A stretch of DNA of 64,000 bases from IMG/VR virus record IMGVR_UViG_3300034157_000062; one strand, given 5' to 3'. The notes below the pieces were generated by a model, which was given only the letters and a program-made list of their open reading frames with translations, had not been told where the DNA came from and did no database searches. Shown piece by piece: positions 1-9,411 of the stretch. The DNA is from an uncultured virus (IMG/VR IMGVR_UViG_3300034157_000062). Its lineage: Duplodnaviria; Heunggongvirae; Uroviricota; Caudoviricetes. Each line of letters opens with the position of its first letter. Position 1 is the stretch's first letter. The translations under genes and the position numbers were made by a program.

Positions 1-1230
1 ATGACCACTGCCATTTCAAACTCTATTATTAGTGACTTATCAGGAACCCATACAGGTGCTGATATTGTTCCTTTTATTGATAACGCTATCCGTCAGTTTT
101 GCGAAAAAATGGAGCTTCCTATTTTCACAAGAGAAGATTATAAAAATGACAAGAGTAAAACAGGTCTTTATTTTGAAGATTTTCACAAAGACAATAATTG
201 TTTTTTCTATGATCTAACCTATCAATCTGAATCAAATCTTATTGCTTTGATTGAAACAATTCTTTGTAAAAAAATAAATAATTGTCGTCAATTTTTGTCA
301 GCCGTTCATTTTTACTATGAAATTGCTTATGGTAATAGTTATCAAGATAATAATTTTTTATCAATTGAAATTAGAAACGAAAATGGTTACGTGAAAATTT
401 CAGCGTATGATCACCATAATAATTGGACGCTTCCTATTCTTTTTAAGCTAGACAACAATAGTATATCTTTTGATCTTTATAGTGAGTCTTTTAAACTTGA
501 AACCCTTAATTTAGATAATTTTGATAAGCTTTTTAATGTTTTTATTGACAATTGTTATGCCAGAACAAGGCAAAATATTGCAAGGGTGACTACTCGTTCG
601 CATGTTACATCAAAATACATTTTAGAACGAAGTAAAATGTCTATTTTTGACGCCGTTCAAACCACTACAACTCAATTAAATATTAAAGATCTTACACTTC
701 TTTGTAAAGATTTCAACTTGAAAGAAACGGTTCTTGTTAATGAAAGAAGTAATAACATATGCTATAAAACTAATGATTCAAGTGAAATTTTAATGTTAAC
801 TGATTCTATATTGAATGCCGAAGACGCATCTTTTATTCGACAAGTTGTGAGTTTTATTGAATTTAGGAAAACTATTTCAAAAAGTAAACCATTGATTTAT
901 AGGCTCAGTTTTAAACGACCTTCTCAATATAAATTGAAATATTCCAACATTTATAATTTGTCTATATTGTCAGAAGAAGATTTTGAAGAAACAGTGGGTG
1001 ATATTTCTATCAATTTGGGTGATTACAACAATTCGGCTATATTGTTAGACTTTTTTAGAGCAAAAGATCCTAAAAAAGACAATATTATCAAATACAGAGA
1101 TGAGTTACCAGACGATCTATTTCAATTGATGAAGGATTCATTTAAACAAGAAGTTGCACAACATATAGATGCGTCTGTTGATGATTTAATGACTCAACAT
1201 TACAAGCTGTATGAAATTATGCATTATTAA
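1..1230 (+). CDS. hypothetical protein (may extend 5' of window); variant of the C-terminal Met(-4) motif
   Basis: 409-aa ORF ending ...HYKLYEIMHY. Confidence 0.75.
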   Translation: MTTAISNSIISDLSGTHTGADIVPFIDNAIRQFCEKMELPIFTREDYKNDKSKTGLYFEDFHKDNNCFFYDLTYQSESNLIALIETILCKKINNCRQFLSAVHFYYEIAYGNSYQDNNFLSIEIRNENGYVKISAYDHHNNWTLPILFKLDNNSISFDLYSESFKLETLNLDNFDKLFNVFIDNCYARTRQNIARVTTRSHVTSKYILERSKMSIFDAVQTTTTQLNIKDLTLLCKDFNLKETVLVNERSNNICYKTNDSSEILMLTDSILNAEDASFIRQVVSFIEFRKTISKSKPLIYRLSFKRPSQYKLKYSNIYNLSILSEEDFEETVGDISINLGDYNNSAILLDFFRAKDPKKDNIIKYRDELPDDLFQLMKDSFKQEVAQHIDASVDDLMTQHYKLYEIMHY

Positions 1231-1415
1231 AATATTTAAGTATGAAAACAAACATCTTTTGAGGTGTTTTTTTTTGTTTTTTAAGCATTTGTGAAAATAT
1301 TTAAATTATTTTAAAAAGCCTTATTAAACAACAGCTTACAATAGTATTTTGAGCCTTCTAAATTTGACTTTTATGCTGTTTTTTGGTAAAATGTTTATAT
1401 AGAAGAGAGGGAAAT

Positions 1416-1790
1416 ATGACTACTAAAATCGCTAAGATTACTAAAAAAATGCAAGCTGAAATGGAAGCGACCTATTATGCTTACTTGGTTAAAAGGACAG
1501 CAGATTATGTGCTTGCAAAGAATCCAACCTATCGTTTTGAAATTAAAAGAACGAATATTGCAAACAGAATGCGTTTAAGCATACTGGATAACTCAGCACT
1601 GCGTAAGGCATTGAAAGAATCGCCGTATTCTTTTAAAGTCACCAGAAATAAGTATCCAACACCGCATATTGAACGAGGCTTTCTTAAAATGATTTTAGAT
1701 GTTCATGAAATCATGAAAGATCAAGGAAGGTTTCTAGAACAAGATATTACTGATGATGACTTTCTTCTTGTTGAAATGATGAAGTTCTAA
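1416..1790 (+). CDS. hypothetical protein with C-terminal Met(-4) motif
   Basis: ATG 1416 after GAGAGGG; ends LLVEMMKF; terminator follows. Confidence 0.75.
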   Translation: MTTKIAKITKKMQAEMEATYYAYLVKRTADYVLAKNPTYRFEIKRTNIANRMRLSILDNSALRKALKESPYSFKVTRNKYPTPHIERGFLKMILDVHEIMKDQGRFLEQDITDDDFLLVEMMKF

Positions 1791-1869
1791 CACAAAAGCC
1801 TCGAAAGAGGTTTTTTGCTATCTGTTATTTTCATGTTAATATAATGATGACTAAGTTAGGAAATTAATC

Positions 1870-2880
1870 ATGAATAAAATAGGATTCGCTTGTAAGTATA
1901 TGCACGCTGACAGAACGTTATCAGCAAAAGACCTTGAAACCATTGAAAGACAATATAATACAAAAACAACTACATCAAAGTGGTTGATGGGTGTAGATAT
2001 CAATGACGCCTATGCCAAACTCTTCATGGTCGTAGAACACAACCTTGCTTCTCAGTTAAAACTGCTGGAGTATGTCAATACATTACCAGAACAGCTTCGT
2101 ATGGTGCGTTTAAGCAGCGATCTACTTCCCTTATACTCTCATCATGCATGGGGACACTTTTACAAGCGAAAAGACGTTATAGAGATTTTAGAGCGTGGTT
2201 TTTCAAAGATAGGTGAATACGCTAGACAGCATAATATAAGAATGTCCATGCATCCGGGGCAATTTTGTGTGCTGGCTTCTGAACGTGCAGATGTGGTGAC
2301 CAAAAGCATTGCTGAGTTTGAATATCATGTGGACATGATTCGTATGATGGGCTATGGTCAATCCTTTCAAGATTTTAAATGTAATATTCACATTGCAGGA
2401 ACTCACGGTGTCGAAGGTACTATCTCAGTATTACCATTACTCAGTAGCGAAGCTCGTAATTCCATCACGTTTGAAAATGAAGAAAAGAAGTATGGCTTAG
2501 ATGACTGCATTAAATTAGCTGCCTATGCTCCTGTGGTCCTTGATGTTCATCATTGCTGGATACATGAGGGTGAGTATATTGACATAAACGATGATCGTAT
2601 ACAGCGTGTTATAGAGAGTTGGAGAGGTGTTCGCCCAACCATGCACTATTCTCAGTCCAGAGAATTCATCCAAGACCATTTCAATACCACTGATAAACTT
2701 GAAGTCTCTCAACTTATGAAACACTATAACAAAAAGGACTTGTATGGTCATAGTGACTATATGTGGAATGATTGGAGTAATCGTTATGTTAAAGAGTTCA
2801 TGCCTTATTTTGACATCATGTTTGAAGTTAAATCAAAGAATTTAGCGACTATTCAGTATTATGAAAACTATTTAAAATAG
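1870..2880 (+). CDS. uvsE: UV damage repair endonuclease (UvsE/UvdE)
   Basis: IGFACK start, RLSSDLLP, SMHPGQF, LDVHH, HYSQS, HSD, DIMFEVKSKN motifs. Confidence 0.93.
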   Translation: MNKIGFACKYMHADRTLSAKDLETIERQYNTKTTTSKWLMGVDINDAYAKLFMVVEHNLASQLKLLEYVNTLPEQLRMVRLSSDLLPLYSHHAWGHFYKRKDVIEILERGFSKIGEYARQHNIRMSMHPGQFCVLASERADVVTKSIAEFEYHVDMIRMMGYGQSFQDFKCNIHIAGTHGVEGTISVLPLLSSEARNSITFENEEKKYGLDDCIKLAAYAPVVLDVHHCWIHEGEYIDINDDRIQRVIESWRGVRPTMHYSQSREFIQDHFNTTDKLEVSQLMKHYNKKDLYGHSDYMWNDWSNRYVKEFMPYFDIMFEVKSKNLATIQYYENYLK

Positions 2881-2909
2881 TTGACGCACTAGGCAATAAT
2901 TGATATAAT
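2881..2909 (+). promoter_or_regulatory. sigma70-type promoter
   Basis: TTGACG-17 nt-TATAAT upstream of ORF 2937; one of many similar promoters in the window. Confidence 0.7.
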
Positions 2910-2936
2910 CTTGGCATTAACCGTCGAGGTGTTCAA

Positions 2937-3560
2937 TTGAGAGTATCTATTAATACAACATTCCCTAATCTAGTCATGTCAGAACTTGGCATGGTTGGGG
3001 AGTATTTTGCAAAAAACTTTTACACCCAATTTCAAATTAAAGATGAAGCGATTGTAACCTCACCAGAAGCTGTTGCTTTGATTGCTCAGATTTTTCAAGA
3101 TGAAAACAACAACAGTGAGAACAGTCAATTTATGAAAGAAATTGCTATTGCCGAAGGCGTTGATGGCTATGTGAATGATTGCGATGTTTTTCTTGAATCC
3201 TATAAATCATCTGATGGTTATATTCGTGATATTCCTATTTATTTCTGTTACCAAGTCACTGATCAACGTATTATTGATTTTGTTAAAGAAAAACAACAAT
3301 TTATTTTTGATGAACTACAATTACCCGAAGGTAAATCAAGACATCTTCGAAAACCTGATTCGGTTAAAGTATCCAAAATAAAGATTTCTGACAATCGACT
3401 TTCTGTTGGTTTTGAATTTTCATTTCATGTTAACGAACATGAAGATTTCTTTATTGAACAACTGGGTAAAAACCGTATTCGTTATAAGTTAAAGAAGGCC
3501 AGCGATGGTTATTCATTTTTTAATATTACTACCAACTTTAGTCAGGAGCTAACACCATGA
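2937..3560 (+). CDS. hypothetical protein
   Basis: 207-aa ORF, TTG start after GAGGTG. Confidence 0.7.
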   Translation: MRVSINTTFPNLVMSELGMVGEYFAKNFYTQFQIKDEAIVTSPEAVALIAQIFQDENNNSENSQFMKEIAIAEGVDGYVNDCDVFLESYKSSDGYIRDIPIYFCYQVTDQRIIDFVKEKQQFIFDELQLPEGKSRHLRKPDSVKVSKIKISDNRLSVGFEFSFHVNEHEDFFIEQLGKNRIRYKLKKASDGYSFFNITTNFSQELTP

Positions 3561-4288
3561 ATGATTTTCAAGAAGATTCCATTAAACGGTATATTCATAA
3601 TTATAATACCTTTTTGTATTTGCTTCAAAGCAGAGGTAACAAGTCAGATGAAGAAATCATTCATCTATTGCAAGACAATCACAGCATGTCTCGCTCTTTG
3701 TTGATTGATTTAGGCGTCACCTTTAATGAAGTAGACACTATTAGAAGTCTTAACAATCGAGTTCGTGAACTTGAATCGAATCAAGACAGTTCAGATATTA
3801 GTTATGATAAAGTGTCTATCTATATTAAACAAATCTCAGATAAAGTGAAAAGTGATCTGTCTGGTATCGGCATTTATGCTCTTTTAGATGTAGACATGAC
3901 ACCTAATCTGGAAATTAAAATTCGTATTATGAGTTCAATGCCTCGTGATGGTAGTCGATCAAGTTTCAGAACTGAAGAAGAATTTACGGCTTATGGTCAG
4001 AAAAAACTGGAAGAGCATCAACGTTTCATGACTAATTTTGAAGTATTGAATCGTAGCAGTGATGGGTTTGTAGTGGCCTATACTAATAGTAACCTAGCAC
4101 TTATTCAGGATTGCGTTGAAAAGTCTATTGGTTCAGAAGTCGGTAATTTGGAATTTGTGTTGGATAACGTGTATGATGGTGAAAAACCTAATCATCGTAT
4201 TGTGCCCTATATCAGTGAATTGACCTTACGTTTCTGGACATTGCCTAGTTCTCGTTCTTTTAGTGATGCAATGAAGAATAGATATTGA
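3557..4288 (+). CDS. hypothetical protein
   Basis: 243-aa ORF, ATGA overlap with upstream stop, AGGAG RBS. Confidence 0.75.
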   Translation: MNDFQEDSIKRYIHNYNTFLYLLQSRGNKSDEEIIHLLQDNHSMSRSLLIDLGVTFNEVDTIRSLNNRVRELESNQDSSDISYDKVSIYIKQISDKVKSDLSGIGIYALLDVDMTPNLEIKIRIMSSMPRDGSRSSFRTEEEFTAYGQKKLEEHQRFMTNFEVLNRSSDGFVVAYTNSNLALIQDCVEKSIGSEVGNLEFVLDNVYDGEKPNHRIVPYISELTLRFWTLPSSRSFSDAMKNRY

Positions 4289-4354
4289 CATACTCACGGC
4301 AATAAATTACCGTGGCTTCCCGCAGAAGATCCTAAATAATTTAAGGAATTCGAA

Positions 4355-5044
4355 ATGACTGTTAACACTGAGTTGGATTATGTAGTTAAATATTTTAAAG
4401 AAGCATTTAATGATACTGTTTTTTATGGTTTGAATAAACATGGGGAACTTGTGATTAAGAGTGGTTCGAACGTCCATGACGATATCGACATTGCTAATAT
4501 AATGTTTGATTATGATGAAAAAACACAAACGCTACTCAGTCTTTTTAACCACACGTTGAGAATGATTAGTCCACGGATTAATTTAAGCAAGAATACGCCT
4601 GACTTTGTTGAATATTGGAAAACACATTATCTTAGAACCTATCACTATCCATCGCGTTTGTATGCGGCATTACAAAAAGTATTGGGTCCAACTCAAAAAG
4701 TTATTGATAATCATATTTATTCCATTTCAATACAATTAAAAACTTTTGATGAAAAGTTGACGATTATTCATGAGGTTATATTCTCTATGTGTAATGAAAA
4801 AGGTGGCACTGATAGTTTTATTATTACATTAGACGAAAACTTAGAACTAATTGATGTTGTTCTGTATGAAACTGGTAATTTATTTCTTAAACATTCAAAA
4901 GGTCTTGAAATTGAAGACAAGAAGAACTTGTTTATTGTTGTCTTAGGCACTTTAATTAATAAAGAGTTTTCTAAATATTTTGACAAAACGAATATAGACT
5001 ATTCGGAAAGATCAATAGAACTCCTGACTATGTTAGAGTTCTAA
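4355..5044 (+). CDS. hypothetical protein with C-terminal Met(-4) motif
   Basis: AAGGA RBS; ends ELLTMLEF. Confidence 0.75.
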   Translation: MTVNTELDYVVKYFKEAFNDTVFYGLNKHGELVIKSGSNVHDDIDIANIMFDYDEKTQTLLSLFNHTLRMISPRINLSKNTPDFVEYWKTHYLRTYHYPSRLYAALQKVLGPTQKVIDNHIYSISIQLKTFDEKLTIIHEVIFSMCNEKGGTDSFIITLDENLELIDVVLYETGNLFLKHSKGLEIEDKKNLFIVVLGTLINKEFSKYFDKTNIDYSERSIELLTMLEF

Positions 5045-5101
5045 TCTTATAGATAACAAAAAACTCGACTTCATATCGAGTTTTTTATTGTTTATTAATT
5101 G

Positions 5102-5485
5102 TTAAATAGCAACTTTACAAATGTTATATCGAGCATAATCACCGAAATTACCAATGAAAAGACCTCTTGTATATTTAAAATTTCCAACCACTACGCTGGG
5201 AATAGAGATATCTTTCCCATTATGAACGAAAACGCTGTTGTCTACTACATGGACAATACTGTAAGCTGTATTTCGACCATTTAACCAATAGTCAGTTGGA
5301 TAACTATATTTACATACTGGTTGTGGTGGTAGTTCTGGCTCCGGTGGTGGTGGCGGCGGAGGCGGTGTTCTATCAACGAAATTTATTGATTCTTTTGGCA
5401 ATCCTTTACCAATCACAACACTGTAATCAGCAAAACTAAAACTTATCATCACTAAGGACATAGTGATTAGAAATATTTTTTTCAT
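5102..5485 (-). CDS. secreted protein; repeat-less member of the ADY/C-terminal-domain family, poly-Pro linker
   Basis: signal peptide ...SFA-DYSVVI, PPPPPPPPEP linker, C-terminal CKY...YNICKVAI resembling ORF 25629. Confidence 0.75.
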   Translation of the reverse strand: MKKIFLITMSLVMISFSFADYSVVIGKGLPKESINFVDRTPPPPPPPPEPELPPQPVCKYSYPTDYWLNGRNTAYSIVHVVDNSVFVHNGKDISIPSVVVGNFKYTRGLFIGNFGDYARYNICKVAI

Positions 5486-5619
5486 ATTTTATAATTTTTG
5501 TTATTCAATTACACTTTATCACATATTTAACTATATGTAAAATACAACACCTTGTATAAAAATATTGCATTAAATATTGAATTTTGATATAATCTATTAA
5601 CAATTTAGGAGATTAACCT

Positions 5620-6819
5620 ATGGGTACGCCAGCTACAACAAGAATAGCTAATGAAAATGATTATATTGAACACCACACGCGGTGGGATGGTTTTCCAGAA
5701 GAGATTAAAGTGAGAATGACCTCAATGGCTTACCGTTGGGAATTTGCTATTGAACAGCTAAAAGAAAAACTAAATGATGACAGTCAAGGAACTGTTTCAT
5801 TAACAAAGTGGGTGACTGACTTTGAACAAGCCCTCAATAATTATAAAGCAAACCCAACCATTGAAATGTCGAGTATGCTCTTATGCTTCCTATCATTTGC
5901 TCATCATCATATTTTACCAAGTAAAAGCACTAATGATATGTTGAGTTATTGGGGAGAAGGTTCTCCTGACATTACCGCTCAGCTATTGAACGGTGAATTT
6001 ACCTATTCCATTGAAGAAGCTGGCCCTCAACCTGCCGTTGAAGTGGTGCGTAAAGAGATTGCACCAGAATTTAAAGTCATGAGAATCTATGCTGTCGATG
6101 AAGATGGTAAATTAATGGATGAGAACTATGTTGATTTTAAATATAAAAATATGAATGAGGAAGAACTTTTTGCAAGTATCATTCATTTGCCTTTATTTCT
6201 CAGAGATATTTATACCTTAACCAAAATGTCACAGACAGAAAAGAAAAGTTTAGAGTATAAGTTAGATCCATTAACCATCATGCTTCAAAAAATGGCAGAA
6301 TTTTATAAGCCTACTACTGAATATCTTCGTTTCGGGAGTTCTGAGGGTGATGTTGTTAGGACCAAGGAAGAACGATTGGAAGCTATTCATGAGTCTTTGG
6401 AGTGGTGTCACTCAATGATTCCTTTTGATCTCGATATCACATCATTCGGCACTCATATTGCTTTTACTAATCCCGGCAATGTATTACCCGTCACCAAAGG
6501 CGAACGTTTATCAGATTATGATATCTCGTTTAAAGTGGCTATGTATGATGGTAGAAATAATTATATTTACTGTAATATTCCTAATAAAGAAGAACCTGAG
6601 ATGTTAACTTTACTCAATGATGTTGTTCTTCATTTTGATTACAGAATGCATCGTTTTAACAATTATCATAAAGTTGATAACGTTGCTGAACCTGTTCAAT
6701 TTTCAAAATTGCTATCAGATGAGGTCTTTTTAGGTTTGGCTTATGAAGAAACCATTGTAAAACTGATGGAAAATCAGCAATGTATGGAAATGAATGATGT
6801 GTTAGAATCCAAAGAATAA
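5620..6819 (+). CDS. hypothetical protein, N-terminal MGT...WDGFP motif
   Basis: 399 aa, AGGAG RBS; N-terminus resembles ORF 13699. Confidence 0.75.
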   Translation: MGTPATTRIANENDYIEHHTRWDGFPEEIKVRMTSMAYRWEFAIEQLKEKLNDDSQGTVSLTKWVTDFEQALNNYKANPTIEMSSMLLCFLSFAHHHILPSKSTNDMLSYWGEGSPDITAQLLNGEFTYSIEEAGPQPAVEVVRKEIAPEFKVMRIYAVDEDGKLMDENYVDFKYKNMNEEELFASIIHLPLFLRDIYTLTKMSQTEKKSLEYKLDPLTIMLQKMAEFYKPTTEYLRFGSSEGDVVRTKEERLEAIHESLEWCHSMIPFDLDITSFGTHIAFTNPGNVLPVTKGERLSDYDISFKVAMYDGRNNYIYCNIPNKEEPEMLTLLNDVVLHFDYRMHRFNNYHKVDNVAEPVQFSKLLSDEVFLGLAYEETIVKLMENQQCMEMNDVLESKE

Positions 6820-6861
6820 TTCATTCATTGATAAATGAAAAAGAGCCTTCTGGCTCTTTTT

Positions 6862-7605
6862 TTATATCTTTTTATTTTTTTCTTGTTCTTGAAATAACTT
6901 CCATTCACGTTCAATAATTTCAGTTTGCATCATATAAGAGATTGAACTAGGTTTAATTAATTCAGGAGTTTTCGCTAGTTTTTCATTACTCATTAATGTC
7001 TTGATAACAAAACCCAATGTGATACCCACTACTTTACCATCCTCTCCATAGATAGGACCACCTGACATGCCCATCATGCTTGCCATATTATTGAGTTTAT
7101 ACAATTCTACTGATTTTGTATTATCGGATTCAACATCTTTTTGTAGTCTTGTGATCATTGCCGTTCCTTCAGTCTTAGCAGGAATATAGAGCGGTGATGT
7201 CCCATAAGCGGTTAGCTTTTCATTGGCAATAGAATGCCTCCATTCTGGAATATTATTGTCGGCTTTTCTTTTAATAAAAACTAAATCACATCCAGTACTG
7301 CAGGAGTAGGCAATATTTCTAAGAAATGGCGTGTGTTTGGCAGATACAGCGTAGTCTTCATTCCATTGAACCGATGAGGCCACGAAGAATAAAGGCAACG
7401 GGAAACCAGAGAAAACAGGCTCGTAGCCTTTGGCATCAGAACCTGATGTTAATTGAATGGTACCATTACAGCCTGCTATTATTGAAATTGTTGACGTAAT
7501 CAATCCTATTTTTATAAATTTTGAAATTCCTTTTAACACAATATTCACCTTGAAAATATTATTACACTTATTGTATATCATTACGATAATTAAATGTTTA
7601 GTCAA
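6862..7605 (-). CDS. trypsin-like serine protease, probable lipoprotein (true start likely downstream of annotated start)
   Basis: IIAGC lipobox; SAKH, DL and GMSGGP catalytic-triad motifs. Confidence 0.75.
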   Translation of the reverse strand: MTKHLIIVMIYNKCNNIFKVNIVLKGISKFIKIGLITSTISIIAGCNGTIQLTSGSDAKGYEPVFSGFPLPLFFVASSVQWNEDYAVSAKHTPFLRNIAYSCSTGCDLVFIKRKADNNIPEWRHSIANEKLTAYGTSPLYIPAKTEGTAMITRLQKDVESDNTKSVELYKLNNMASMMGMSGGPIYGEDGKVVGITLGFVIKTLMSNEKLAKTPELIKPSSISYMMQTEIIEREWKLFQEQEKNKKI

Positions 7606-7801
7606 TGGTTAAATTGATAATCGTGTCAATAAAATGACAGATGGTGTAATAGTATTTGTTTATTTTAAAATGTATGTTTTACTACTTGTTATAGGACAAA
7701 AACTGCCTTGCCAAGCACACTGGCGAAATCTTTTGATAAGTCGTTTCAACACAATAAACAGTAAATTAATTAACTAAGTGCTTAAGTTAAAGGAGAATAA
7801 A

Positions 7802-9325
7802 ATGAGTAATTTTGACATTGCCAAGAAAGAAGCTGTACGTCTATTAAAAATAGCCAAAGAAAATATATCAGGTGACACACCTACCCTTCCCATCAAAAAT
7901 CTAAGTCAAGCCAAAGAATATATCGCCAGAATACATGGATATCAAACGTGGTATGAATACGAACAAGACTTAAAAATGCAAGATTCTATGTTTTCTAAGT
8001 CTCATAAGAATGAAAAAATTTCTGAAATAAAACGTGTTCTGGATAATTTAGACGACTTAAACAAAAAGATTCCCTTTCAATTTGTTCTTAATAATAGAAA
8101 GGATGAAGAATTTAAATCATTTGAAAACATAGAACGAAAAACCAATGTAATTGCTAATGAGAAGTTAGAAAAAACTTTTTTACCGGCTGCAATAAAACAA
8201 CATCACTTGAAACACTATCCATTTTATATCAGTGGCGGTTGTGGTTCTGGTGCGGGTGAATGTATTATTTCAATGATAGATGATTATATTTCTAATAAAG
8301 AAGGTGTTATTTTAGTTAATGGTGATGGAGGGTATGGTAGTTATTGGAAACTGTATTCAAGTATTCACCAAGCAAATCGTATTCATGATTTTTATGTATT
8401 GAACTTTACGGCTAAAGAATCTGGTTCATCTAACACCATTGATCCTATCAATGATATTATTGGTGATGAACACTTATTTAAAATATTATTTGGCGATAAA
8501 ATAGGAGTAATTGTTAATGCATTAAGTGAATGTGTTAAACAAGCCGGTGGATTAGTAACTTTTTCTAATTTGGAGTCTTTTATTAATTTCAGTAATTTAC
8601 AACAATTCTTGAATGATTCGTTCTTTAAAGATGCTCATAGTATAGTGGAAAGTTATATCACTGATACATTGGTTGAAGATCCGATTAAAACAATTAAAAA
8701 ACATGTTATTAACTGTATGCAAGCACGAAAGATGATTGATATTATTTTAGAGAACCCTTTTGTATTCTCAACAGAACCACAAATACGATTAGACCGAATA
8801 TTTTACAAAAGACAAATATTAAGCGTAATGCTTCCGTGTCTAGAAAAAGATCCTGACCATTGTACTAATCTTGTGTCATTGATTGTTGGTAATATAGAGC
8901 ATATGGCTCGTAGATTTAAAAATTGCCAAAATATTCAAAATGTTATCTATAAAGAATTAATTTATTCTGTTAATAATGAATTGGTTGATTACATATTTAG
9001 TCATGATAATAATAATACGATTAACTACACTTATCATATCTATGATCATTATCACAAATATAACTTTGATAATAAATGTATAGAAGTCTCAAAAACTTTT
9101 TCATTAATGAAAATGGAATGCGAATATCCAAATGCATTGAAACTAAAAATCTTTGATAATTTGATTATTAATAATAGATCTTTTAATAGAAGAGGTATAA
9201 ACCATCTCAATGCTGGTGAATGTTTCTTGTTTAATACGGTCGATAAAAATCTTAATAAGTGTAAACTTATTTATAAAGATATTAAAAGTGTTGAATATGC
9301 TCAATTGAATAGAATTCAATCTTAA
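7802..9325 (+). CDS. glyoxalase-superfamily-like (Glyoxalase_8-type) N-domain fused to degenerate DotL/IcmO-like coupling-protein domain
   Basis: AKKEAVRL...LSQAKEYIARIHGYQTW; GGCGSGAG (Walker A lacking Lys), VNGDG, YVLNF...SNTIDP; AAGGAG RBS before ATG 7802. Confidence 0.6.
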   Translation: MSNFDIAKKEAVRLLKIAKENISGDTPTLPIKNLSQAKEYIARIHGYQTWYEYEQDLKMQDSMFSKSHKNEKISEIKRVLDNLDDLNKKIPFQFVLNNRKDEEFKSFENIERKTNVIANEKLEKTFLPAAIKQHHLKHYPFYISGGCGSGAGECIISMIDDYISNKEGVILVNGDGGYGSYWKLYSSIHQANRIHDFYVLNFTAKESGSSNTIDPINDIIGDEHLFKILFGDKIGVIVNALSECVKQAGGLVTFSNLESFINFSNLQQFLNDSFFKDAHSIVESYITDTLVEDPIKTIKKHVINCMQARKMIDIILENPFVFSTEPQIRLDRIFYKRQILSVMLPCLEKDPDHCTNLVSLIVGNIEHMARRFKNCQNIQNVIYKELIYSVNNELVDYIFSHDNNNTINYTYHIYDHYHKYNFDNKCIEVSKTFSLMKMECEYPNALKLKIFDNLIINNRSFNRRGINHLNAGECFLFNTVDKNLNKCKLIYKDIKSVEYAQLNRIQS

Positions 9326-9411
9326 CTCCATTATCTTTATTTTCTTAAATCATCATAACAGCTTTATTATTTTGCTAAAAATGCTATAATAAAAAAAACA
9401 ATAAAACTGTT

